Part shown: piece after piece, positions 18,853 to 27,887 of the stretch
How positions within the stretch are numbered: position 1 is the first letter of the stretch
How the letters are laid out: each line of letters begins with the position of its first letter
Source of the DNA: Desulfatiglandales bacterium
GTDB lineage: Bacteria; Desulfobacterota; DSM-4660; Desulfatiglandales; HGW-15
Assembly: GCA_963667015.2 (NCBI GenBank)
Contig: CAXXJJ010000001.1
Location: forward strand, 2,688,001 to 2,752,000
Length of the DNA stretch: 64,000 nucleotides
Direction: 5' to 3'
Made by a program: the position numbers and the translations under genes
The notes under the pieces: model-generated
Databases searched by the model: none
Told to the model about the DNA's origin: nothing
What the model saw: only the letters and a program-made list of their open reading frames with translations

Positions 18853-19854
18853 ATGTCAATATATCATGCCTCAATAATACTGATTTCAGGCTTTATCCTT
18901 GATCTTGTCGTCGGTGATCCGGTCTACAGGTATCATCCTGTCAGGATAATCGGGAACCTTATTGATGCACTGCAGAAAATAATTAAAAAAGCATACCCTG
19001 GCAACAGGTCTTCGGGTGTTTACCTTGCAGCGCTTACCTTGTTTTTTTCGCTTTTTATATATTCATCACTTTTTTTATTGTTTAATAGAATTCATCCCGT
19101 AGCAGGGATTTTATTGAATATATATTTTGTATATTCGCTAATTGCATTAAGGGATCTTTTAATGCACTGCCGCCCTGTAATGGATGCACTCAGAGGTAAG
19201 GATCTAAAAAATGCCAGGAAGGCTATAGGGATGATAGTGGGACGGGATGTTAATTACCTTGATGAATCGGGTATTGTAAGGGCTGCTATTGAAACACTGG
19301 CAGAAAATTTTGTGGACGGATTCCTGTCCCCTGTCTTCTGGTATACTGCAGGGTGCCTGACAGGAGTATTTTTCAACATTAATCCTGTCTGTTTCGGTGT
19401 TGTTTTTCTGATACTCTTTAAGGTCGCCTCTACCCTGGACTCCATGGTGGGTTATAAAACAGCGGAATTCAGAGAAATAGGGTGGGCCGGTGCAAGGCTG
19501 GATGATCTTATGAATTTTATTCCGGCACGTCTTTCACTGATAGTTCTTTTTCCGGGTGCCGTGCTATCCGGTCTTCATCCATTAAGTGGATTAAGAATTT
19601 TCTTCAGGGACAGGCTTAAACATGAATCTCCCAATTCTGCCCATTCCGAAAGTTTTGTAGCCGGAGCAAGCAGAGCAAGGCTTGGCGGGCCAACAAGATA
19701 TAGTGACGGAGTCAAAGAAAAGCCATGGCTTGGTAAGGAATTTCCTGATCCTGATTTTACTGATATAAGACGTGTTATGAAACTCATCCTGATATCATCA
19801 TGTCTGACAGTATCATTCTTTTCATCAATAATCTTCTTAATGTATAAGATATAG
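18853..19854 (+). CDS. cbiB: Adenosylcobinamide-phosphate synthase
   Basis: DLVVGDP..HPV, IVGRD, AENFVDG, TLDSMVGY, ARLDDLMNFIPARL, HESPNS. Confidence 0.95.
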   Translation: MSIYHASIILISGFILDLVVGDPVYRYHPVRIIGNLIDALQKIIKKAYPGNRSSGVYLAALTLFFSLFIYSSLFLLFNRIHPVAGILLNIYFVYSLIALRDLLMHCRPVMDALRGKDLKNARKAIGMIVGRDVNYLDESGIVRAAIETLAENFVDGFLSPVFWYTAGCLTGVFFNINPVCFGVVFLILFKVASTLDSMVGYKTAEFREIGWAGARLDDLMNFIPARLSLIVLFPGAVLSGLHPLSGLRIFFRDRLKHESPNSAHSESFVAGASRARLGGPTRYSDGVKEKPWLGKEFPDPDFTDIRRVMKLILISSCLTVSFFSSIIFLMYKI

Positions 19855-20024
19855 AAAGGTGCACATTTATTTGTGCATGATGCCCTGTAAAGTGTGCAAA
19901 AAATCCTTCATTTTAATATCATCCTTATATTTTTAACTCTTAATTATTAAAAATAATGTTAAATTAAGATGAATATCAAGATGTTATGTAAATATGTCTG
20001 GCATGGTCCTTATTTGTTGTTTAT

Positions 20025-20040
20025 TGGCATAAAATTTGTA
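20025..20040 (+). promoter_or_regulatory. Sigma-54-like promoter (GT variant at -12) with no downstream same-strand CDS
   Basis: TGGCATAAAATTTGTA has GG-N10-GT spacing; palindrome TGCACA-N6-TGTGCA upstream at 19860-19880. Confidence 0.4.
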
Positions 20041-20150
20041 TGTATCTCGTATATAAAATTCTCCAGGGCACGTGCATCTGTCAATGCCATCTTCAAAAAA
20101 AAGAGGATCCAGGGCAATTGAATAAAACGACTCTCAGGGAATTTATATAA

Positions 20151-20909
20151 TCAGGATTGAATATCAACAGGGCCTGTCTCAGGAACTCCCTGTTCCTTTA
20201 TTTTTCTCCAGGGCCTTTCTTCTCCAAGCTGCTCATCGCACCATCTGGCAGCGCTGTTTAAGCTGTCTTCCAGGAGTTTTTTGTACTTATCAAGCTCGTC
20301 TCCTTCTGCGTCTTCAGGCACCCATATGGGTTTGGAGATGTGGTATACTATTCTGGCAAAGGGTTTTGGTATAATAAACCTGTCCCAGCTGTTCAGTAAC
20401 CAGCACCTGTCGGTTCCCCACATCATTGGAATCATCGGCGCCCTGCTTCTTTTTGCAAGTAAAACAGCCCCCATTTTAGCAACCCTAGGAGGCCCAAGCG
20501 GTCCATCGACTACCATTCCTCCGTTTGTTTCTCCTTTGATTATCTTCTGGGCCAGTTTTACCAGGGCGGCCATACCTCCCCTGGTTGATGAGCCTCTAAC
20601 ATCTCCAAGACCAAAGGCGTTTATCAGTCTTGCCGCAAATTCTCCGTCACGGCTCTGGCTCACCATTACAGTTACTCCTTTTTTTGAAAGGTAGCGGGGA
20701 TGAAAGGCGAGTCTCTGATGCCATGAACAGTAAACCGCTTTACCTCCTGATTTTTCAAGTGCCTCTTTTTCAAGTTCCGCGCCTTCAATCCTTACAACCC
20801 TGTATGAACAAAGCAGGAGCTTTATTATGGATGTAAATATAGGAAAGATAGTATTAAAAACGATCGGATCATACCATCGGGATGTTTTGCGGCGTCCTTT
20901 TCTGGCCAT
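20151..20909 (-). CDS. DUF374 / lysophospholipid acyltransferase family protein
   Basis: WHQ, VSQSRDGE, VRGSSTRGG, DGPLGP, SWDRFIIPKPF. Confidence 0.9.
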   Translation of the reverse strand: MARKGRRKTSRWYDPIVFNTIFPIFTSIIKLLLCSYRVVRIEGAELEKEALEKSGGKAVYCSWHQRLAFHPRYLSKKGVTVMVSQSRDGEFAARLINAFGLGDVRGSSTRGGMAALVKLAQKIIKGETNGGMVVDGPLGPPRVAKMGAVLLAKRSRAPMIPMMWGTDRCWLLNSWDRFIIPKPFARIVYHISKPIWVPEDAEGDELDKYKKLLEDSLNSAARWCDEQLGEERPWRKIKEQGVPETGPVDIQS

Positions 20910-21256
20910 CAGGTCTCCTTGTAAATCCTTGAAAAAATAAAAAAGAGAAACATACAGTTATAAAGGGCTTTATGTAAAGAAGAATCAAAACATTAATAAA
21001 AGTTATTTATAGTAATTATAAGTAATATAAAAGGATATAAAAATAAACATATGTTAAAATAAAAATAACTTGACAAATAATGATCATAAAAGATACTTAA
21101 TCACAGATTTTGTCAGGGTTTTCAGGAGAATATTGCGTAAACATCCAATATTTTGCCACTTAACTCTCTGCTAAAATAATTAAACAAACTTGAAAAGATA
21201 ATAATCAGTTAATAAAACCTGAATTAAGGTAAAAGTTCAAAAGTTTTCTTATGTTA

Positions 21257-21274
21257 TATATCAGTATTGATATA
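21257..21274. promoter_or_regulatory. Perfect inverted repeat, candidate operator of the 21-33 kb cluster
   Basis: TATATCA-GTAT-TGATATA, 30 nt upstream of the first ATG. Confidence 0.35.
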
Positions 21275-21304
21275 ATTTTAACCTTATTCCGAGTAAATTA
21301 AAAA

Positions 21305-22042
21305 ATGTTACAAGGCCTTTTTTTCGCCAACTTCGTTGTCTATTTTCTACTGCTGTTTTCCCGCATTATCGGTTTCAGGATATTTGAACTTGTTACATGT
21401 ATGGGAGCGGCCCTGCTTAACCTTTTTGTACTGGTCTACATGTATCACTGCTCCGGCAATCTCCCTGTATTTAACATCTTCGAATCTTTCCTGTTAATAT
21501 CCTTTATTATATGCCTGACAGGGCTTCTTGTACTCTTCAGGGGAGATTATTCAGAAAAGGTACGCAGGTGGGTCTGGCTTGAGATCATTATACTGTTTCT
21601 GATTACGAGTTTTTTTCCGAAAGAGACAAGTCTTTCTGTCTATGACCACGGATATGTATATGTAGTCCTGTTCCATGCCTTTCGTTGTATAGCTCTGGCG
21701 TTAATGCTCTTTTCTACTGCATGGTTTACTCAGTTCATTATCCAGAGAGAAATGAATGAAAGGACAAGTATGCTCGCTCACGCGGGAAGAAACTATCTTC
21801 TCCTTGCCGCGGTTTTTTACCTGATGGGCGAATATGTAGGGATTATCTGGTGCCAGAAGGGGTGGGGTGATTTCTGGATGTGGAGCCAGACCTTTCTGCA
21901 GTCAACCCTGGTTGTGCTTTATCTGATGCTTGCCTTCCATATCCCTGGTAAAGGAAGAAGATCAGAAGATATCAGGTGCCTGATTGGCGGATTCAGCAGT
22001 ATCTTTTTTCTCAGCCTGGCTGTTATGAGGAGTTTATATTGA
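21305..22042 (+). CDS. CcsA/ResC-like cytochrome c heme-ligation membrane protein
   Basis: LPVFNIFES, VVLFH, WWD-domain variant WCQKGWGDFWMWS, LAFH. Confidence 0.75.
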   Translation: MLQGLFFANFVVYFLLLFSRIIGFRIFELVTCMGAALLNLFVLVYMYHCSGNLPVFNIFESFLLISFIICLTGLLVLFRGDYSEKVRRWVWLEIIILFLITSFFPKETSLSVYDHGYVYVVLFHAFRCIALALMLFSTAWFTQFIIQREMNERTSMLAHAGRNYLLLAAVFYLMGEYVGIIWCQKGWGDFWMWSQTFLQSTLVVLYLMLAFHIPGKGRRSEDIRCLIGGFSSIFFLSLAVMRSLY

Positions 22043-22878
22043 GCAGGGTAACCGAAAAACTATCTTCAATGTATCTAACCATGTGGATACTTGTCTTCCT
22101 TTTGCTGTGGCTGGGGCTTGGGCTCTATATGGCCGGTGCAGAATCTTTTGCAAAAGATTTCAGGGCAATGAACAATGTTCTTGTCAGTGACTGGCTCTTT
22201 TCTGATAAGCCCGGATCAGGCTTTCTTAAGATCTGGTTTGCAGTCCTTTGTGCAGCCATGACTGTCATTGGTATAAACCTTATTTTCTGTTCCTGGAGCA
22301 AGATATTCAGGATAATTAGGGCACGGTTCAGCGGTAATCAGTTATTCATGCTGATTGTTCATGCAATATTCGGATTTGTTGCCCTCGGCCATCTTGGCGG
22401 ACTTATGCTTGGATTTGAATATAATGACATCAGGCTGGGTAAGGGGATAACTCATAACATTAAAGAAGGGTATGGGATAGAAGTAAAGGATGTCCATTTT
22501 GTGGGTGATACAGAGGCCCTTGCAAAATCAAAAAGGGATATCACACGTGATGAGCTCGATTACTCTAAAAGCTATGTGGATGTATCCTTGAGCAGAGATG
22601 GAAATATCTTAAAGACCCAGAGGTTATTCCTGCTCAAACCAATGAATTACAGGGATGTGCATGTCACACTCAGGAGTTTTGTATTGCCGGATAATTTTAA
22701 AGGTGAACCGGGGCCTGATACTGAGGCGTGGGCGATGTTTACCCTTTCAAGAAATCCGGCCCTTAAGATGTTTCTTGTAATCTATCCGGTAATGATAGCC
22801 GGAATATTTATTTATCTGGTTATTACATGGCGTAAATCTCGTTTTAATAAAAATAACATTCCTGAACAGGGAATATAA
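22039..22878 (+). CDS. ResB/CcsB-like cytochrome c biogenesis protein (TTG start after GAGGAG)
   Basis: KLSSMYLT, INLIFCS, LIVH in TM3, C-terminal SRNP plus TM; overlaps the ccsA-like stop. Confidence 0.65.
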   Translation: MSRVTEKLSSMYLTMWILVFLLLWLGLGLYMAGAESFAKDFRAMNNVLVSDWLFSDKPGSGFLKIWFAVLCAAMTVIGINLIFCSWSKIFRIIRARFSGNQLFMLIVHAIFGFVALGHLGGLMLGFEYNDIRLGKGITHNIKEGYGIEVKDVHFVGDTEALAKSKRDITRDELDYSKSYVDVSLSRDGNILKTQRLFLLKPMNYRDVHVTLRSFVLPDNFKGEPGPDTEAWAMFTLSRNPALKMFLVIYPVMIAGIFIYLVITWRKSRFNKNNIPEQGI

Positions 22879-22893
22879 AAGGAGGAACGGAAA

Positions 22894-24897
22894 ATGAAAA
22901 GGGCTAAGTTTCTATTTATTTTATTAATTTGCAGTCTTGTCTTCAGCTATGGATATGCATTTGCTGAAGGAGAGGAAGATATAAAGAAGAATCAGGTTGG
23001 AGAGGTATTTGAGCTGGGTGAAGTTGTTGTAACCGCAAACAGTAGTGTTATAAATCTTTCAACCACAGTAACTGAAGTATCTGCAGAAGATATTACTGCC
23101 AGAGGTACCCAAAATGTTGCTGAAGCTCTTGAGATGATTCCGGGTGTGAATGTTAAGGAGATAGGTAAAAATGCCCAAATCTTTATCCGCGGATTTTCAC
23201 AGGAAGATGTCAAGGTCCTTATAGATGGAGTCCCTGCATATCAAACATATGACAAGGTTGTTGACCTTTCTCTTATTCCTGTTGATTCCATTTCAAAAAT
23301 CACTGTAACCAAAGGTGCTTCATCTGTACTTTATGGTGCCAACACATTTGGAGGTGTTATTAACATTGTAACCAAAAAAGGCGGTAAAGATGCTGGTGGT
23401 GAAGTTACTGCATCATTTGGAGAAAACAGTACTCAGAATTATATTTTAAACTATGGTGGTTCTAAAAACGCTTTTAACTACTGGTTAACTTTTAGCCATA
23501 GAACTTCAGATGGTTTTGAACTTTCCGACGATTTTGTGCCAACCTCATGGGAAGATGGCGGTACAAGAGATTTAAGCGATTATGAAATGAATACTTTTAA
23601 TGCAAAAGTGGGATTTGAACCGGATGAAGAAACAAAACTTTATGTATCATTTGATTATCATGATAATAAAAAGGGGGTTCCGACAAGTGATGGCACCTAC
23701 TGGTCATTTATAAAATGGGATCAGTGGCATCTGAATCTTGTAGGTGAGCAAAAAATAACGGATACTATTTCCACTAAAGCACGTTTATTTTATGTGTCTC
23801 ATAAAGATACTCTTGAAGATGTAGCTCCGGTACCGGATCCAGGTAGATGGTGGGAAATGTCTTCCTATGATGATCATTCCATCGGAGCTGAAGTGCAAAC
23901 ATCTTTTAATTTCGGCCCAATGAGTTATCTGACCATAGGACTTAATTATCTTGACGACAATCATAAACAACAGGATTACTTTACTGATGATATGGATGCT
24001 GTTGATGATGAAGAAGTATTTGCAGGTTATCAGCCTGAAGAGGAGTTTGAGGCCGAAACATATACCATTGCAGCAGAGGATGAAATACATCTCCTGGATA
24101 ATGATCTCTCCTTTGTTGTCGGCGCCAGTTATGATTATTACAATCCTAAAAAAGGTTCCGAAGAACGTGGCAGTACGGACTCTCTTAATCCCCAGTTGGG
24201 AGTTGTTTATAATATAGCAGATAATGCATCAATACATGCTTCTGCTGGCAAAAAGATCAGATTCCCAAGATTAAAGGAATTATACAGTGTATTAGCAGGC
24301 GGTAATGATTCTTTAAATCCCCAGGAAACCATTGCCTATGAAATAGGTACTGATTATTTAATCACTCCTGATATAAAAACATCAGTAGCCTTTTTCTATA
24401 ATGATATTACTGATTTAATACAGCGACTTGGTTCGGGCAGAAACAAGTATTATACAAATATTGGAAAATCTACAATCCAGGGGTTGGAATTTGCCGTGAG
24501 TTACAAGGCGCTGGATAACCTTAGTTTTGGTACCAGTTATACATATCTAAGTGCATATGATGATACAAATGATGTTCGATTGTTAGATCGCCCCAGACAC
24601 AAAATAGCATTTGATACACGTTATTGGATCCTTTCCAATCTGTTTACCAGTTTACAGGCATCTTATACTACCGGGGCAGTAACCGAAAATGATGACCGTG
24701 AAATTATTGGTGCTCCGGGTTATTTCCTGATGAACGCAAAGGCAGAGCTCAAAATAATAAATCAATTACAAGATAAATTAATAAAAGATGCATCAATATT
24801 TTTAAGTGCTAATAACATATTTGATAAGAATTACTATGAAGGCTATGACCCTCAGCCAGGTAGAAGTTTCCTATTTGGTTTCAATGCAAAATTTTAA
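22894..24897 (+). CDS. TonB-dependent receptor, substrate unknown
   Basis: Signal peptide, LGEVVVTA, KITVTKGASSVLYGANTFGGVINIVTK, NNIFDKNY..PGR..F. Confidence 0.93.
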   Translation: MKRAKFLFILLICSLVFSYGYAFAEGEEDIKKNQVGEVFELGEVVVTANSSVINLSTTVTEVSAEDITARGTQNVAEALEMIPGVNVKEIGKNAQIFIRGFSQEDVKVLIDGVPAYQTYDKVVDLSLIPVDSISKITVTKGASSVLYGANTFGGVINIVTKKGGKDAGGEVTASFGENSTQNYILNYGGSKNAFNYWLTFSHRTSDGFELSDDFVPTSWEDGGTRDLSDYEMNTFNAKVGFEPDEETKLYVSFDYHDNKKGVPTSDGTYWSFIKWDQWHLNLVGEQKITDTISTKARLFYVSHKDTLEDVAPVPDPGRWWEMSSYDDHSIGAEVQTSFNFGPMSYLTIGLNYLDDNHKQQDYFTDDMDAVDDEEVFAGYQPEEEFEAETYTIAAEDEIHLLDNDLSFVVGASYDYYNPKKGSEERGSTDSLNPQLGVVYNIADNASIHASAGKKIRFPRLKELYSVLAGGNDSLNPQETIAYEIGTDYLITPDIKTSVAFFYNDITDLIQRLGSGRNKYYTNIGKSTIQGLEFAVSYKALDNLSFGTSYTYLSAYDDTNDVRLLDRPRHKIAFDTRYWILSNLFTSLQASYTTGAVTENDDREIIGAPGYFLMNAKAELKIINQLQDKLIKDASIFLSANNIFDKNYYEGYDPQPGRSFLFGFNAKF

Positions 24898-24991
24898 AAT
24901 TTAAAAATATTAATATACAAGATTCCTCCTATCTTTATATTTCTGGTATAGAGGTAGGGGGATTTATTGCTTTATAACGAAGGAGATATCC

Positions 24992-26761
24992 ATGAAAAAA
25001 ACTATATTTATCTTTATTCTATCTCTTTTACTATCCTGCCCCAGTATCTTTGCATCAAATAGTAAGTCTATCAGTATTACCGGGACAGTAAAGCAGCCAT
25101 TAAACCTTTCAATTGAAGATATATGCAGGTTTAAGACCGTACGCATTCAACTGAATGAAATACTCAAGGACGGCTCATACAGGGGTGCATGGTTTTATAA
25201 TGGTGTGCCTTTAAGAACACTGCTTGAAACAGCATATATTGAAAAGGAAGAGTCAGCCTTTAAAAAGGCCGTAGACCTGGCTATCCTGGTAAAAAACAGT
25301 GAAGGTGAGGCGGTTGCTATTTCATGGGGAGAGATATTTTATAAAAATTCATACGATATAATTATTGCCACGTCAGCTTCACCTATTAAGCCTAATCACG
25401 GCTGTGATTCATGCCACAAGCCTGAGGTATATAACCGCTATATGAAAGAGTTTGACAGAAAAATCGGTTTCCCCAAACTAGTAGTTTCCTCTGATGGATA
25501 TTCTGACAGGTCTATCGAGAATGTTGTAAGTATAGAAGTGATAAACCCTACACCGAGAATGCCTGCGGACAGATCAGCGGAACTGTACGCCCCGTCACTC
25601 CTTGTTACAGGAGATGTGAAAAATGAACTGAACCTGAAAGATTTAAAAGGCTTTCCGCGCAAGGATATGCGTGTTATTCACATGGGGGACGGCAAAGGAT
25701 ACCACGGAATAGATAATTATTCAGGTGTAATTATAAATGATATTTTAAATAAAGCCGGTGTAAGCCCTGATCTTACAAAAATATTTCATATATCGGCTCC
25801 TGACGGATACCGCGCAACCTTTTCATATGGTGAGATATTCCTTAACAGGGTTGAAGATAACACAATCGTCGCTGACATGAAAAACGGTAAAGAGATAGAG
25901 AAAGAGGGTAAGTTTATCTTTGTCCCGTCCGATGATCTGATGTCTGATCGTGATATAAAAGCAGTTGAAAAGATTGAGGTAATAGATCTGAAAACAAAGC
26001 CGAAACTTACCTATATCGGTGTGGGATGCGGAGATACTGATCTGTTAACCCGTGAGGCTATAACCGCCATGTCCCGTGCAGATGTTTTTGTCTGTCCCTC
26101 TGATATTAAGGAAAGATTTGCGAAATACATGGGTGATAAACCGATTCTGCTGGATGTTTATGATTTTATTCCCCCTGTTGTTAAGAAACAGAATCCGGGA
26201 ATATCCCAGGAAGATCTCTACAAGATACTTGATGAGAAGAGGAAAGGCATGGCAGATGCCATTAAGGCAGAGCTTAAAAAAGGCAGGAATGTTGCTATTC
26301 TTGAATATGGAGATCCGACAATCTGGAGCGGTTCAGAGTATATAAGTGAGCACTTTGACAGTGACATGTTTGAAATCATACCGGGTTTAAGCTCCTTTAA
26401 CGTTGCCAGTGCCTTATTAAACAGGCATACAGGATGCAAAGGGTCTATAATCCTAACTACCTCGAGAGGGATTCTTGATAATAAACCCATGTTTGAGGCT
26501 GCAGCAAAAAATGGTGAAACCCTGAGCATTTTTATGGCAATGAAGGATCTTCCCGGGCTGGTAGAGTTTTTTAATAAAATATATGACTCTAAAACACCGG
26601 TTCATATTGCATACCGAGCAGGATACTCAGGCAGCGAAAAGGTTGTAGTAACTGATCTCAAAGGAATAAAGAATACAATCGATTCAGAAAAGGAAAAGAA
26701 CCTGTTTCTTGTATTTATAGGCCCCTGCCTTGATTCTTCCATGAAGGCTCACAGACATTAG
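24992..26761 (+). CDS. Exported multidomain protein: two molybdopterin-oxidoreductase-like domains with a CxxCH motif, fused to a tetrapyrrole methylase-like domain
   Basis: Signal peptide; repeated (I/V)TG.VK..LNL..(Y)xGV...L; GCDSCHK; C-terminal YIGVGCGDTDLLT, GDPTIW, IPGLSSF. Confidence 0.75.
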   Translation: MKKTIFIFILSLLLSCPSIFASNSKSISITGTVKQPLNLSIEDICRFKTVRIQLNEILKDGSYRGAWFYNGVPLRTLLETAYIEKEESAFKKAVDLAILVKNSEGEAVAISWGEIFYKNSYDIIIATSASPIKPNHGCDSCHKPEVYNRYMKEFDRKIGFPKLVVSSDGYSDRSIENVVSIEVINPTPRMPADRSAELYAPSLLVTGDVKNELNLKDLKGFPRKDMRVIHMGDGKGYHGIDNYSGVIINDILNKAGVSPDLTKIFHISAPDGYRATFSYGEIFLNRVEDNTIVADMKNGKEIEKEGKFIFVPSDDLMSDRDIKAVEKIEVIDLKTKPKLTYIGVGCGDTDLLTREAITAMSRADVFVCPSDIKERFAKYMGDKPILLDVYDFIPPVVKKQNPGISQEDLYKILDEKRKGMADAIKAELKKGRNVAILEYGDPTIWSGSEYISEHFDSDMFEIIPGLSSFNVASALLNRHTGCKGSIILTTSRGILDNKPMFEAAAKNGETLSIFMAMKDLPGLVEFFNKIYDSKTPVHIAYRAGYSGSEKVVVTDLKGIKNTIDSEKEKNLFLVFIGPCLDSSMKAHRH

Positions 26762-26873
26762 TAATTGATTTAATAACAATATGGCATACATCTGCCATAG
26801 GAGCGCTCCGCTTACCTCATGTTCAAAAGTTCAATTTGAAAGCGGAGCGCTTATTAATTTATAAAGGTCGAGG

Positions 26874-27887
26874 ATGATTCCCTTCTCACATCACCGGTCA
26901 ATTTGGTTTAGTCTCAGTATTGCACTCTCTTTTTTATTTGTATTTATTACCGGACATAAATGTATTGCCTCTGATAATAATATAATATGGTGGGAACTTG
27001 AAAATGCCGGGGACTATATTAATAAGTACAGCGACCCGAAAAAATCTGTTTCGCAAATAGAGGCTGAGACAAATTTTCTGATCTCAATACTGGGAAAGCC
27101 AAAACATATTTTTTTAAGCAACGGATTTTCAAATATAGAACCCGATCTGTCTTCTATATCGATTAAAACATGGGTGCGAAGTCCTGAAGGCCGGCTTTCT
27201 GAATATATTAAAGCAGAGAATGATTTATCTATATATGTCCCGGCAGATGATGGCAGGGAAGAGGGGCTATACCTTGCCGCAAGTGTATTAGATGCAGGTG
27301 AAACAGATGTTGACAGTGATGGTCTAAATGAAAGGGTTTTTACTTATCCTAAAACCATTCTTGGTCACTGGCGTCTTGGTTCCTCTATGAAGACAAATCA
27401 GTCACTCTTTGTTGATACACCAGAGATCGCACTCGAAATAGCGCCTTTAAGGGCTTCAAGGTATATCGGTTCAATACAGGTTGCCAACCGATCATATGAT
27501 ATGGAAGTCCTCTACAGGGGAAAACCTGTATCCGGTGCAAATATAAGAGTTATTACGGAAAATGGTTGGGAAAAGAAATTTATTACTGATACCAGGGGAC
27601 AATTCAGAATCACTCCCCCACAGGTACAAAAATGGGAAACCTATATATTTGTTGCCGAGTATCTTGATAAGGAAAAACATGAATTTCATCAGGCAACACT
27701 CCCCATGCTTATTGATCCCCCATGGCCTGAATGGAGAAGCTGGCATGGTGTGCTTATTTTCTGGTCACTGGCAGCTCTTTTTTTTCTGGTTGTTTTGATT
27801 ACTACAGGAGTTTTAATTAGAAACAGGAAGAAAAAACTTCTGATGGTGAAGTTCAGTAATGGAAAGATAAAAAAGGATTCTTTATGA
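26874..27887 (+). CDS. Membrane-anchored periplasmic protein, DUF4198-like
   Basis: N-terminal hydrophobic segment, LEIAPL, VLYRGKPVSGA..TDTRG, C-terminal TM plus basic tail. Confidence 0.55.
   Translation: MIPFSHHRSIWFSLSIALSFLFVFITGHKCIASDNNIIWWELENAGDYINKYSDPKKSVSQIEAETNFLISILGKPKHIFLSNGFSNIEPDLSSISIKTWVRSPEGRLSEYIKAENDLSIYVPADDGREEGLYLAASVLDAGETDVDSDGLNERVFTYPKTILGHWRLGSSMKTNQSLFVDTPEIALEIAPLRASRYIGSIQVANRSYDMEVLYRGKPVSGANIRVITENGWEKKFITDTRGQFRITPPQVQKWETYIFVAEYLDKEKHEFHQATLPMLIDPPWPEWRSWHGVLIFWSLAALFFLVVLITTGVLIRNRKKKLLMVKFSNGKIKKDSL

Noticed and set aside
19998..20014. Second sigma-54-like sequence CTGGCATGGTCCTTATT
   Set aside because: Lacks G at the -12 element.
25990..26761. Calling the methylase domain cobM/cbiF
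   Set aside because: It is fused to exported domains and lies outside any ring-synthesis operon.
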